Notes under the pieces: model-generated | What the model saw: the letters and a program-made list of their open reading frames with translations, nothing else | The model's database searches: none | What the model was told of the DNA's origin: nothing | Made by a program: the position numbers and the translations under genes | In this document: positions 46,870-56,349 of the stretch, one piece after another | Numbering within the stretch: position 1 is the stretch's first letter | How the letters are laid out: every line of letters begins with the position of its first letter | Virus record (IMG/VR): IMGVR_UViG_3300018080_000002 | Span: 93,358 to 157,357 of that record | Strand: one strand, 5' to 3' | Length of the DNA stretch: 64,000 nucleotides | Source of the DNA: a virus

Positions 46870-47967
46870 ATGGCAAACATCAATTATATTCGTGGAATAC
46901 TGAATGGCACACCCTACACGATCAATTTGTGGGATGATGGCACGTTCTTGGAAGTTTATGGTATTCGCCTTAAGTATTCTACCAATCCTAATTTTTCCTT
47001 ACAGAAACCCCTAAAGGTTGGGGTGGATGGATATGTCGAGACGAGTTTGATTGATATGGTTTCGGATACGTTGGTATCTGGTACTGTTGATTGGAACAAT
47101 CAGACGATAGTGAATTTGGCTCCAGCCTCAGCGGGTAGTAATCCTGTTATCCTTGACCAGTTGGATTATGTTTCTGGTTATACGGCTGCTGTGTTGGCAG
47201 CTCTTGAAGCGAAACATGACGCCGAAATCGATTATGTGTCGGGTGTTCTTCAGGGGAATATAAATGATCTGGAGTCGAAGCATGATTCTGAGATTGATTA
47301 TGTTTCGGGATATTTCCAGACCGAGATTACGGATCTTGAGACCAAGCATGATTCTGAGATTGATTATGTCTCAGGCGTCCTTCAGAGTCGCATTGATGCT
47401 ATTGAAACAGGTGGAAGTGCTGATATTGATTATGTTTCAGGCGTTCTTCAGAACAATATTGATAACTTGGAATTGACTCATAATCAAGAAATTGACTATG
47501 TCAGCGGTGTTTTGCAGGACCAGATTGACGCGATAACCAGTGATGTTCCAAGGGAGGTCTATACGACTGTTTCGGGGGTTGCTGGTGAGACTGATTTTGA
47601 TTTTTCCCCATATACGTTTAGCTCAAACAATTCGATTTATGACATCCAAGTTTTTATAAATAGAGGAAGAATTTTTCAGAATCGGGATTTTTATAAACTT
47701 GATGATCATACTATCAGAACATATGTGGCTGTTCCTCAGAATAGCAAAGTCACCATAAGGGAGGAAAGAACTGGAGGTTCTGGTGGTGGTGGAGGAGGTT
47801 CCACTGATTTAGAAAACATTACGGTTGATCCACAGCCAGATACAGATGGAAATCATTCTCTTGGTGGAACGAAAGCTTGGAGTTATGTAGTATTAAAAGA
47901 TCAAGTAACAGGTGATCATTATCAGTTATCGGTTAGCGGCGGTGATATCGTTGCTGAAACGGTGTAG
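46870..47967 (+). CDS. Fibre protein with coiled-coil DYVSG repeats
   Basis: Six DYVSG(V/Y) repeats mostly 22 aa apart; Gly linker; C-terminal beta domain. Confidence 0.7.
   Translation: MANINYIRGILNGTPYTINLWDDGTFLEVYGIRLKYSTNPNFSLQKPLKVGVDGYVETSLIDMVSDTLVSGTVDWNNQTIVNLAPASAGSNPVILDQLDYVSGYTAAVLAALEAKHDAEIDYVSGVLQGNINDLESKHDSEIDYVSGYFQTEITDLETKHDSEIDYVSGVLQSRIDAIETGGSADIDYVSGVLQNNIDNLELTHNQEIDYVSGVLQDQIDAITSDVPREVYTTVSGVAGETDFDFSPYTFSSNNSIYDIQVFINRGRIFQNRDFYKLDDHTIRTYVAVPQNSKVTIREERTGGSGGGGGGSTDLENITVDPQPDTDGNHSLGGTKAWSYVVLKDQVTGDHYQLSVSGGDIVAETV
47160..47540 (+). repeat. Coding tandem repeat, about 66 bp (LExKHDxEIDYVSGVLQxxIxD)
   Basis: GCATGATTCTGAGATTGATTATGT occurs twice; other units synonymous-diverged. 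Confidence 0.8.
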
Positions 47968-47978
47968 AGGAGGAATCT

Positions 47979-48530
47979 ATGACACTCGCTGGTGTGAAAG
48001 CTAAGTATGTACTTTTAGAGCCTGTGGATAGTTCTGAGGTTCCACCGAATAGTGTCTTTGTTGAAAGTGGCACTAATCAGATGAATACGAAAACAAGCCT
48101 TGGTGTTCCCGTTCCTATAGTTGGAGATGTCACATCGTATTTTGTCAAGCAGATGGAAGCGGAGAATGTGTTTCCGCAGCATACTCCGTTAGCTAAAAAA
48201 TCAAACGGTAAAGTGGTTCCCGATGATTCAGATGCTCCAGGTCAGGCATTTATTGGATATGCACAGCAAGAGTCAGTGAGTGGTGGATCTCTCATTGATG
48301 TTTTGTTGGTTGGACCGAATGTTGAGGGTGCTATTTCTGGATTAGGTTTTGTTCCAGGACAACAGATTTATTTGTCGCCTGTTGCTGGAGGTTATACGAA
48401 TGATGCCAGCAGTCTTGGTGATGATGATAAAATAGTCAAAGTGGGTATTGCAGATTGTGCGGCTGGTACAGCAAGTGGTGCTGCGGTGGATTTAATTTCG
48501 TTTGCAGAAAAGCTAGTTGAACCGACTTAA
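47979..48530 (+). CDS. Structural protein with DUF2190-like domain
   Basis: G.V.P.D....FIG.A, GL...G..IYLS...G.YT shared with the C-term of 48815. Confidence 0.55.
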   Translation: MTLAGVKAKYVLLEPVDSSEVPPNSVFVESGTNQMNTKTSLGVPVPIVGDVTSYFVKQMEAENVFPQHTPLAKKSNGKVVPDDSDAPGQAFIGYAQQESVSGGSLIDVLLVGPNVEGAISGLGFVPGQQIYLSPVAGGYTNDASSLGDDDKIVKVGIADCAAGTASGAAVDLISFAEKLVEPT

Positions 48531-48539
48531 CAGGGATTT

Positions 48540-48806
48540 ATGATGGCCGTATGTAAAAGTAAATCAAAAAAGAAATCGCCTAGCGTTGTTCAAGGGACCG
48601 GAGAGGTCACTCACCCTGAGAACAAGCCTGGTGAAATCCTATTTCGTAATACGAAAGATGAAATTGCCGTTATTTCCGATCTCGAAAATTTTACGATCGA
48701 ATTAGACAAAGAGGTTTTGAAATTTCACGAAGCAGTAACGATGATCTCGAAAAAGTATGACGTAAAAGTTAAGGATTTCATTAGTTTTGAAATAATTGAA
48801 GGGTGA
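48540..48806 (+). CDS. Hypothetical protein
   Basis: 88-aa ORF. Confidence 0.45.
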   Translation: MMAVCKSKSKKKSPSVVQGTGEVTHPENKPGEILFRNTKDEIAVISDLENFTIELDKEVLKFHEAVTMISKKYDVKVKDFISFEIIEG

Positions 48807-48814
48807 GGTGAAAG

Positions 48815-50293
48815 ATGGCAACTAGAACGTATATTACCTGGGAAGATGGCTATAAACGCCGTCCCTCCAACACTGATACGGTAGATTTTTCGAGCATTAG
48901 AATTGGTGCATCTCTTTTAGAAATTAAAGAAACTGCTGGTCATTTTGATTTTTCAGCAAAAAAATTAGTAAACGTGGCTCCAGGCGGGGTCAGTGGTGAG
49001 GCGGTTGAATACGGTCAGTACAATACTGCTTTAGGTTTGAAGGAAGATACGGCAAATAGAGGATCGGCAAATGGCTACTGTCCTCTTGATGCGAGTAGCA
49101 AGGTTCCTGCTGTAAACCTTCCAAACGCGATCATGGAGTACAAAGGTACATGGAACGCAACGACCAACACCCCGACACTTGCTGACGGTGGTGGAAATGC
49201 TGATGAAGCGATTGGTGATGTTTATCGTGTAAGTGTTTCGGGTACTCAGGACTTAGGTTCTGGATCTATTGATTTTGACGTTGGTGACTATGTAATTCTC
49301 AATGCCAGTAAGGTTTGGGAAAGGTCTCCTGGTGGTGATAATGTTGATTCTGTCAATGGTCAGAGCGGTGTTGTTGTTCTCGATACTGATGATATTGGTG
49401 AAGGTTCAACCAATAAGTATTACAGCGAGACGTTGTTTAATAGTAGCTTTAGCGGCAAGTCCACGGATGATCTAACTGAAGGATCAACGAATAAGTATTA
49501 TAGTGAGACTCTTTTTAATTCCAGTTTCAGTGGCAAGACGACTACTGATCTGACGGAAGGAGATAACAAATATTACACCGCAGCTCAGGCTAGGTCGGAT
49601 CTTATTACCCAGGTCATAACCGATGGTGTGACGGGTACTGCTCCGAGTGAAGATGCTGTTTATGACGCATTAGCTCTTAAGGCTGCTGCTGATCATAACC
49701 ATGATGGTGTTTATTCTCCTGTAGGTCATGACCATAGTGGTGTTTATGCTCCTATCAGTCATAACCATACGGCATCTGATGTCACCGATTTTAGTGCTGC
49801 TGCCAAGGCTGCGACTATTTCTCAGGTGATTACGGATGGTGTAACAGGTCTTGCACCAAGCGAAGATGCTGTTTTCGATGCGTTGGCTCTCAAAGCTGAT
49901 TTGACCGATGTATCGGCTCCAAAAACCACTTTGACCAACAAAGAGGGTGGTGAGATTACGATTCGTCAGGTTTGCTATTTGACTGCTGCTGGTGAGGTAA
50001 ACCTTGCTCAAGCGAATGACAGTTTGAGTCTAGCGACTGCGTTCTACATGGTTGAGGATGCTTCGATTGCAAATGATGCGTCTGGTGAGTTCTATATGCC
50101 TGATAGGGGTACTGAGGTTGATGGATTCTCAGGATTGACTGTAGGATCTCCTATTTATCTCAGTAGGTCATCTGCTGGTGGTTATCAGCAGGATCTTTCT
50201 GGCTTTGTTGCTGGAGAGCATGTTGTAACTCTTGGTAGGGTTGTATCTGCGACCAAGATTGTTTGGAATCCTAAATACGAGTTTGAGTGGTAG
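48815..50293 (+). CDS. Tail fibre protein
   Basis: YKGTWNATTNTP, VDSVNGQSG.V.L, T(D/T)D(I/L).EG..NKYY x3, APSEDAV.DALALKA x2, HxH motifs. Confidence 0.8.
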   Translation: MATRTYITWEDGYKRRPSNTDTVDFSSIRIGASLLEIKETAGHFDFSAKKLVNVAPGGVSGEAVEYGQYNTALGLKEDTANRGSANGYCPLDASSKVPAVNLPNAIMEYKGTWNATTNTPTLADGGGNADEAIGDVYRVSVSGTQDLGSGSIDFDVGDYVILNASKVWERSPGGDNVDSVNGQSGVVVLDTDDIGEGSTNKYYSETLFNSSFSGKSTDDLTEGSTNKYYSETLFNSSFSGKTTTDLTEGDNKYYTAAQARSDLITQVITDGVTGTAPSEDAVYDALALKAAADHNHDGVYSPVGHDHSGVYAPISHNHTASDVTDFSAAAKAATISQVITDGVTGLAPSEDAVFDALALKADLTDVSAPKTTLTNKEGGEITIRQVCYLTAAGEVNLAQANDSLSLATAFYMVEDASIANDASGEFYMPDRGTEVDGFSGLTVGSPIYLSRSSAGGYQQDLSGFVAGEHVVTLGRVVSATKIVWNPKYEFEW

Positions 50294-50347
50294 AAATATC
50301 TTTGTTTTCCGTAATTTACGTCTTGTCGTTTTCCGTACATAGTGTCC

Positions 50348-50373
50348 ACTGAGAGGGGTTATTCCCTCTCAGT
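50348..50373 (+). terminator. Intergenic stem-loop (terminator or RNA-stability hairpin)
   Basis: ACTGAGAGGGG-TTAT-TCCCTCTCAGT; no clear U-tract. Confidence 0.5.
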
Positions 50374-50405
50374 ATCCGTTGCACTAAGCATAGTGGGGAA
50401 TATAG

Positions 50406-50705
50406 ATGGGCAAGCATTTATCACTGATAAATACTGATTCGATAGCAAAGCAGAAACGAGTTGAATCTGCATACACCGATTATGTTTCAGTTGTTACGAA
50501 TGTTGATGGCGAAAGCGATTTCGTCATAGCTGGAGGTACGGTGACAGCCAACGGCAAAATCGATGTGTTAATAAACGGGGTTGTTTATTATGAGGGTGCC
50601 GACACTGAAGAGTGGCAAAGAGATACCGAAAATAATAAGATAGTGACAAACAGAGCGATACCTAAAAATGCCGAAGTAATTGTTCGGCTTTATGAATATG
50701 AGTGA
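50406..50705 (+). CDS. Small structural beta-domain protein
   Basis: GESDF...IDV.INGV...W.......I.....IP....V.VR, like domains in 46870 and 50714. Confidence 0.55.
   Translation: MGKHLSLINTDSIAKQKRVESAYTDYVSVVTNVDGESDFVIAGGTVTANGKIDVLINGVVYYEGADTEEWQRDTENNKIVTNRAIPKNAEVIVRLYEYE
50510..50523 (+). repeat. Dispersed 14-bp motif CGAAAGCGATTTCG, copy 5
   Basis: Exact copy; stem extendable ATGG/TCAT. Confidence 0.85.
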
Positions 50706-50713
50706 GGTAGGCG

Positions 50714-51490
50714 ATGCCTGGTAGTAGCCCTTATACCTATAATAGACCGACTGATATCCTAGCCGATGAGATTTTAGCGCGGTTAGGCAATGACGGTACG
50801 AGTTTATTGAAGGATTTATTGAACCGTTTGCATCAAGCATTTGGCTTTCCTGTTGAGATTAGAGCGCAAGATCCAGCGTCTAAACAGGTTAATGTCGGAG
50901 TTGGAATATACACCATGCCTGATGGTCAGAGGGTCATTCTCTATGAGGAGGGTGAGGTTTCTGATTTGGCCTCTGGTGTTATTGATTTCGAGGCGGGAGA
51001 GATAACAGCGGGATCGGTTTCTGGTTTCAGTTTACCGTCCATGACTGCTGGTTATTATATTCGGTCGCTAGTTTCGTATGATGCGATCGATAATGCTTTC
51101 GATGTTACGTTTGGGGATGAGGCATCTAGTTTAGATGTGGCAGAGTTTCCCAAGCCTACTGGAAGATATGAGCCTCTGTATTCTGTTGAGCTTTATAGTC
51201 CTACGAGTGGGGTTGGGAATTGGGATAATATCGAGCAAACTGATATTATCAGGGTTATGAATATAGGGCATACAATATCCCCGCAGGAGGAGGTACAGAC
51301 GGTGTCTGGATCGCCTCAGAGTATTTTTACGCTAACGACAATAGAGATCCCAAATGATCGGAACAGATTGTTTGTTCAATGGAACGGAGTCGGAAAAAAG
51401 AATACAGCATACACGGTGACTGGTGATACTGAGGTGACGTTTTCGCCAGCGGTTCCGGTAGGGGTAGAGGTAAGGTTTATAATTGTTTAG
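50714..51490 (+). CDS. Structural/fibre-associated protein
   Basis: MTAGY.I...FGDE module shared with 51516; C-term small beta domain. Confidence 0.55.
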   Translation: MPGSSPYTYNRPTDILADEILARLGNDGTSLLKDLLNRLHQAFGFPVEIRAQDPASKQVNVGVGIYTMPDGQRVILYEEGEVSDLASGVIDFEAGEITAGSVSGFSLPSMTAGYYIRSLVSYDAIDNAFDVTFGDEASSLDVAEFPKPTGRYEPLYSVELYSPTSGVGNWDNIEQTDIIRVMNIGHTISPQEEVQTVSGSPQSIFTLTTIEIPNDRNRLFVQWNGVGKKNTAYTVTGDTEVTFSPAVPVGVEVRFIIV

Positions 51491-51515
51491 TCGCATAAAT
51501 GAGGCAGGGTAAGTT

Positions 51516-53312
51516 ATGACAATTCAATATTTTCAGTTAGCCGACGATTTCGCCAGGAGTAAAATCCGCAGTTTAATTGGCACACAGTTAAAAACCCAGA
51601 TGTATCTGATTGACGATAAGCTGGATTATCCGTTAGCTGTCGAGATCAGTGGCGATACGGTACAGATTGAGGCTGGAGTTAAACAGAAATATACATCTGA
51701 TGGCACAGATGACGGGGTTAGCGGAACGTATAAATGGAGGTTAGCACCGTTGAATGGTGCTGATGTTCAACCGTCTGCGAGCACATTAGATCTTACGGAC
51801 GGTTCAACGACTGGAGATTTTGCCAATAATCCTGCGACTGGTGTGACGATGACTGCTGGATACCATATTCAGATGGGTATCGAGCTTAGGGATGATGGTA
51901 AACACTATGTTGTTTGGGGTGATGAGTCTGCGACATCTGGAGGGACAACGTTTCCGAGGTTTAATTCGGATGCTCTTTCGGTGATGTTGATTCGTTTGGA
52001 AGATAGCGGAAGTGGGGGATCTTGGAATTTCAATACCCCGGATGATTCCGATGTTGAGATTATGCCTGTTGGTGGAGGTGCTGGCGGTGGAGGCGATACG
52101 AGCTTTAAGCTGGCGTCCATGTCTGGTAGCAGTGCCAATTTCAAAAAGGGCTATATCCGTTGGGATGACGGTATTGTATTGGCGGCTGGAGATGTTTCAG
52201 GTTCAGGGGATTTGGAGGATTTTTCGATAGATCTAACGGATCTCATAGCCAGTCCAGACAACAGTTCAACGTACTGGATGTATATAGATATTACGAAATT
52301 ACCAGACGAGAGAACTTACACCGATAATGGCCGAGAGGTATATCCGGTTTACGACGATTCTCATTTTGTTCTGAGAAAAGACATGCCGTTCATGAATCCA
52401 TCAAGGTTTGTTTTTGTTGGTGGATTTAAGACGCCAGGTTCCGGCAATACTTGGGTTGGATCAGAGTTTTGGTCTGCTGCGACTAGGCTGCATACTCAGT
52501 TTGGTGGTTTTATGGCCTTATGCGAGGTGTTTGAGGATACCTCGATTGACGGTGTTTCGGCATCGGTTGCATTGGAGCATGGTTTCAATCCAGATAGACC
52601 GCAGTTGGTGGAGATTGATTTTTACGATGATTCCACAGGCAAGCAGTATCCGCTGCTAAATACTAGCCATGTGTTAGATATAAACACGACGAATATCGTT
52701 GTAAATTCGCTAGGTTTGACATTTGATAGCGGCGACTATTTAGTGGTCAAAGCTTACAGGCTGCCAGAGTTACCGAATACGGTTCTGGATGCTACGAGGG
52801 TTTTTAGATCTTCATGGTACACCGATACATCGACGACTCAAGAGGCTCATGGATTAGATGATAAGCATGAGATTGTGAGTGCTGTTCTTTTAGAATGGGA
52901 TGTGGTTTCAGGCACTATCCGAGAAATCGATCAGGCGAGCTTGGTGAAATGGTGGGATGATGATAACATCTATTATGACTGGACTGGATTGAGTCCATCA
53001 GCCAACCTGAAATATCGGGTGATTACGTCTCCGACCGCTCAACCGTATGCGAAACCGTTCAAAGGAAATGTTTTTACGTTCACCGATGGAGCTACGTTGA
53101 CAAATGTTACGACAGCGTTCCCTTGTGATAAATTGTATTTTGATTTTCCGTTTAGCATACGAGCTGTTCAGAAAATGACGAATGGCTGGCAAAATGTGGA
53201 TAATATTGGTGCATTAGTCTGGGTGACTGATGATGTGAATAAGTATTTGAGGGGGGATATTTCGAGCTTGTCTCCGACATCGACGTACCCCGTCAAGATA
53301 ATGATCGAGTAG
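51516..53312 (+). CDS. Structural/fibre-associated protein
   Basis: MTAGYHI...WGDE module, GGGAGGGG linker, H-G-(F/L) type beta domains. Confidence 0.6.
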   Translation: MTIQYFQLADDFARSKIRSLIGTQLKTQMYLIDDKLDYPLAVEISGDTVQIEAGVKQKYTSDGTDDGVSGTYKWRLAPLNGADVQPSASTLDLTDGSTTGDFANNPATGVTMTAGYHIQMGIELRDDGKHYVVWGDESATSGGTTFPRFNSDALSVMLIRLEDSGSGGSWNFNTPDDSDVEIMPVGGGAGGGGDTSFKLASMSGSSANFKKGYIRWDDGIVLAAGDVSGSGDLEDFSIDLTDLIASPDNSSTYWMYIDITKLPDERTYTDNGREVYPVYDDSHFVLRKDMPFMNPSRFVFVGGFKTPGSGNTWVGSEFWSAATRLHTQFGGFMALCEVFEDTSIDGVSASVALEHGFNPDRPQLVEIDFYDDSTGKQYPLLNTSHVLDINTTNIVVNSLGLTFDSGDYLVVKAYRLPELPNTVLDATRVFRSSWYTDTSTTQEAHGLDDKHEIVSAVLLEWDVVSGTIREIDQASLVKWWDDDNIYYDWTGLSPSANLKYRVITSPTAQPYAKPFKGNVFTFTDGATLTNVTTAFPCDKLYFDFPFSIRAVQKMTNGWQNVDNIGALVWVTDDVNKYLRGDISSLSPTSTYPVKIMIE

Positions 53313-53325
53313 TGGAGGATGAATC

Positions 53326-54828
53326 ATGAGATATTTTTTACTTTTATTAGCGTTTGTTTCTAGTTTCGCCTTTGCTGCGAGAGAGGATTTTGTAATTCCA
53401 GCAAGGGAGGATGGTGGCAATGTCATTATTGCTCCGAAAGATGCCGGAGGTACGTCAAGGACTTTGTTAACTGCTGATCCTGATGCTCAACAGATAACAT
53501 TTGAAAAAAGTTATTTTAACGCCAATTTAGGTATTGGTGTTGCTCCGACATATCCTTTACAGGTTGCCGGATCTGTTAGGTTTCAGAACTCAGGAGATAT
53601 CACAGATTATGCTCATTTTGGAGTTGGTTCTGATGTTTATTTGGATCTGAAAAAAGATGATGGTAGTAAGATATTCTTAAGTACCGGAGGTAATAGCTAT
53701 ATAGATAGTGGATATAATTTTGGGATTGGGACTAGTTCAGTAGACGAGAAGTTACATGTAGAGACTGCGGCAGATAATACAACAATTAAGATTCAGACAG
53801 GCGCAGATGCTAATGCTGTAGTACGCTTCCAAAATGATACTAAATCTTACCTAACAGGAGTATTAGGCGGCACGTCAGATGCCTGGCACGTCTATGATGT
53901 TGATAATACAGCATCGAGGATGACAGTACAAGCTGATGGCGATGTTATCATAAATCAGAGATTAGCAATTGGCGGCTCCTCTCATGTACAGAGACTTACT
54001 GTAGGAAGTTCCTCGTCAACAACAGTCGAGGGGGCCTATTTTGTAAATGATTCTGGAAATATGACCATGGGGGTTAGTCAAGGCGGTGGTTCCTTGTGTC
54101 TAAATGATTCTGATGGTGCTACTGAACTTTGTGCTAGTGGTCAATTAGAGCTTGGTTCTAATAATACTGTCAGGGCAAAGATCGAAACTGATGGTGACCT
54201 TGTTCTATTGAAACGATTGCTTATTGATAGCGTAGGAGTTCAGCCAGAAATATGGTTGGACACACCATCTGGTTCTTATAATGGTCTTATTGGTTTTAGT
54301 GAAAACGGTGTAGACAAATGGAAAATAGACTACAATTATTCAAGTGAAAATCTATCTATTTATAGTAATACTTTAAGCTCAAATATTTTAGAATTTCAAC
54401 CAGGTGGAAGGATAAAAACTGACTATACTGTTGAAATAAATGAAGGGGTTTTTTCTGATAGATTTGAAAAGTCATCTGGTGCTAGTGGTTCCCACGCTAT
54501 CTTTTCCTTGAGTGGGTTTGCTTCTGTCAATTCTGCAGTTAAAATTGATACAGTAACATCATGCACACATGTATCTACATCGAACTACAGGCTGATTCAA
54601 ACAACACTATTAGATCAGTATGTGTCTAGCACATGGACACAAACAGATGTTCATAGCCAGGGGAATGCTGGAATAGTAGGCTATAGCACCACAGGCGATA
54701 CTATTCAGGCTAGGGTGTATTTGGGTGATGGTATCAATATTGTAAAATGTTCACATTCAGTGAATATAATAGCTACATCTACAGATGGCGCTGGGAACAG
54801 AAACGCTATCACATACACAAGACTATAA
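53326..54828 (+). CDS. Fibre-like adhesin with predicted Sec signal peptide
   Basis: MRYFLLLLAFVSSFAFA; GIG...P...L.V and RM.I..DG.V.I fibre repeats. Confidence 0.7.
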   Translation: MRYFLLLLAFVSSFAFAAREDFVIPAREDGGNVIIAPKDAGGTSRTLLTADPDAQQITFEKSYFNANLGIGVAPTYPLQVAGSVRFQNSGDITDYAHFGVGSDVYLDLKKDDGSKIFLSTGGNSYIDSGYNFGIGTSSVDEKLHVETAADNTTIKIQTGADANAVVRFQNDTKSYLTGVLGGTSDAWHVYDVDNTASRMTVQADGDVIINQRLAIGGSSHVQRLTVGSSSSTTVEGAYFVNDSGNMTMGVSQGGGSLCLNDSDGATELCASGQLELGSNNTVRAKIETDGDLVLLKRLLIDSVGVQPEIWLDTPSGSYNGLIGFSENGVDKWKIDYNYSSENLSIYSNTLSSNILEFQPGGRIKTDYTVEINEGVFSDRFEKSSGASGSHAIFSLSGFASVNSAVKIDTVTSCTHVSTSNYRLIQTTLLDQYVSSTWTQTDVHSQGNAGIVGYSTTGDTIQARVYLGDGINIVKCSHSVNIIATSTDGAGNRNAITYTRL

Positions 54829-54839
54829 GGGGAAACAAC

Positions 54840-54953
54840 ATGAAAACAATATTAATGATCATCGGTTTTTTAATTGTGCAAGAAAACCAGATGATGAAAT
54901 CATGGATATGCAACCAATACGATGCGCCTGAAAAACTATGTGTAAATGAATAA
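54840..54953 (+). pseudogene. Internally deleted relic of a signal-peptide/S74 fibre gene
   Basis: MKTILMIIGFLIV joined to QENQMMKSWICNQYDAPEKLC, homologous to the end of 56727. Confidence 0.6.
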
Positions 54954-54963
54954 GGAGATAGAA

Positions 54964-56088
54964 ATGAAAAAGTTGTTTCCATTTATAACGTTATTGGCTC
55001 TGTCTCTTATATCGACAGGAGCAGTAATAAAAGAGAGCAAGCAGGGTGGATCGATTGAATTTTACACGAATGAATCGGGTACTGTTGTTAAAAAAGCCGA
55101 GATTACGGCTGCTGGGAAAATGAAGGTGGATCAAATTGAGAATCTTTCAGGCGGGACACCTCCTGGGATGATTCCGATAGGCGGGATGGTAGCTGTTATG
55201 CCTACAATTCACGCGAACGCTTGGCAGCCTCCAGTAAGCGGGGCCATAAAAGACGGTTTTATGCGTGCTGATGGATGGCAAATCACGGCACAAAACGTCA
55301 CTGACGGATCGTTAATACCAGCCGGAACATATTTACCGAATATGGTTTATATGGTTCCGCGCGGCGATACAGATAGTTGTAATGGCTCATCTGCCTGCAA
55401 TACAAAAACAGGTGGAAGTGATAATGCAACACTGACAATGAATAACATACCAGAGCACAATCACGGAGCGACCGGATTAAGTGGTTCGATGGCCGCAAGT
55501 GAATTTGAGCATAGTCATTCATTGTCAGGAAGTGTTGCAGGTGGAACCGCAAGTTTGACGGGTTCTATAACAAGTGGTGGAGCAAGTTTGAGCGGAAGTG
55601 TTTCTGGGGGAACCGCAAGTGGAACCTTTGCTTCGTCAGGACATACACATGGTTTGGCTTCTGGTGCAGCGGCGATCGGTATGCCTGGAAATACAACAGG
55701 CTATTTAATTTTTTCAAGATCGGGTCAGGCTTTTACTGGCTCATATTATGCATCAATGGCATCAGCATGGGCATCAACAGGAGATAGCCACCTTGGAACG
55801 AACTTAATTGGAACAACCGATGCAAACACGGCGACAGCATCAGTATCATCAACGGCTGCATCGAATGGAACGCTTGGCGTGTCATACACGGCACCAACCA
55901 ATGGAACCCTCGCTGTTTCAAATACCCCTGCAAACAATGGAACGCTCGCAGTTGGAGCCGATAATATTACAACGGCAAGATCGGTTGGGATATCAGGAAA
56001 TACAGCCAACGCAGGGCAAGCCTCTCCAACTGCTGTTGATACGCTTCCTAATTATCAAAAAGTCGTTTGGGTTATTCGAGTATATTAA
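54964..56088 (+). CDS. Collar-domain short fibre (gp12-like) with predicted signal peptide
   Basis: MKKLFPFITLLALSLISTGA; IPIGGMV...GF..ADG collar; GG.....LT..NIPEHNH; HxH motifs; LPNY..V.WVIR. Confidence 0.7.
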   Translation: MKKLFPFITLLALSLISTGAVIKESKQGGSIEFYTNESGTVVKKAEITAAGKMKVDQIENLSGGTPPGMIPIGGMVAVMPTIHANAWQPPVSGAIKDGFMRADGWQITAQNVTDGSLIPAGTYLPNMVYMVPRGDTDSCNGSSACNTKTGGSDNATLTMNNIPEHNHGATGLSGSMAASEFEHSHSLSGSVAGGTASLTGSITSGGASLSGSVSGGTASGTFASSGHTHGLASGAAAIGMPGNTTGYLIFSRSGQAFTGSYYASMASAWASTGDSHLGTNLIGTTDANTATASVSSTAASNGTLGVSYTAPTNGTLAVSNTPANNGTLAVGADNITTARSVGISGNTANAGQASPTAVDTLPNYQKVVWVIRVY

Positions 56089-56104
56089 ATAGAAAGGATA
56101 TAAG

Positions 56105-56341
56105 ATGAAAGCAAGACATTGGGCAATGTTATCAACATTTATAACCGTTATCGTTTCTCTTGCAATTTTCTTGGTAATATGGGGATTAAAAAATCCACCG
56201 GAACCAAAGAAAGTTGGAGAGTTTGAGATTGAAGGAACAAAGACAACTTTATTCCAAGCAGGAGATTGTCAAATATATGTAACAAAGTGGCAAAGTCAAC
56301 CAGAGCCAAGATTTTTCTTCAGTTGTCCACAACGCAAATGA
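56105..56341 (+). CDS. Small membrane-anchored protein
   Basis: N-terminal TM helix; Cys pair. Confidence 0.6.
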   Translation: MKARHWAMLSTFITVIVSLAIFLVIWGLKNPPEPKKVGEFEIEGTKTTLFQAGDCQIYVTKWQSQPEPRFFFSCPQRK

Positions 56342-56349
56342 GGTAAAGT

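Noticed and set aside
47160-49900. CRISPR array or DGR template/variable repeats
   Set aside because: Repeats are in-frame coding units with synonymous divergence; no spacers, no adenine-specific variation, no reverse transcriptase.
3285-50523. 14-mer as a Gram-positive LexA box
   Set aside because: That box is GAAC-N4-GTTC with a variable spacer in promoters; this is GAAA-GCGA-TTTC with a fixed spacer, mostly intragenic.
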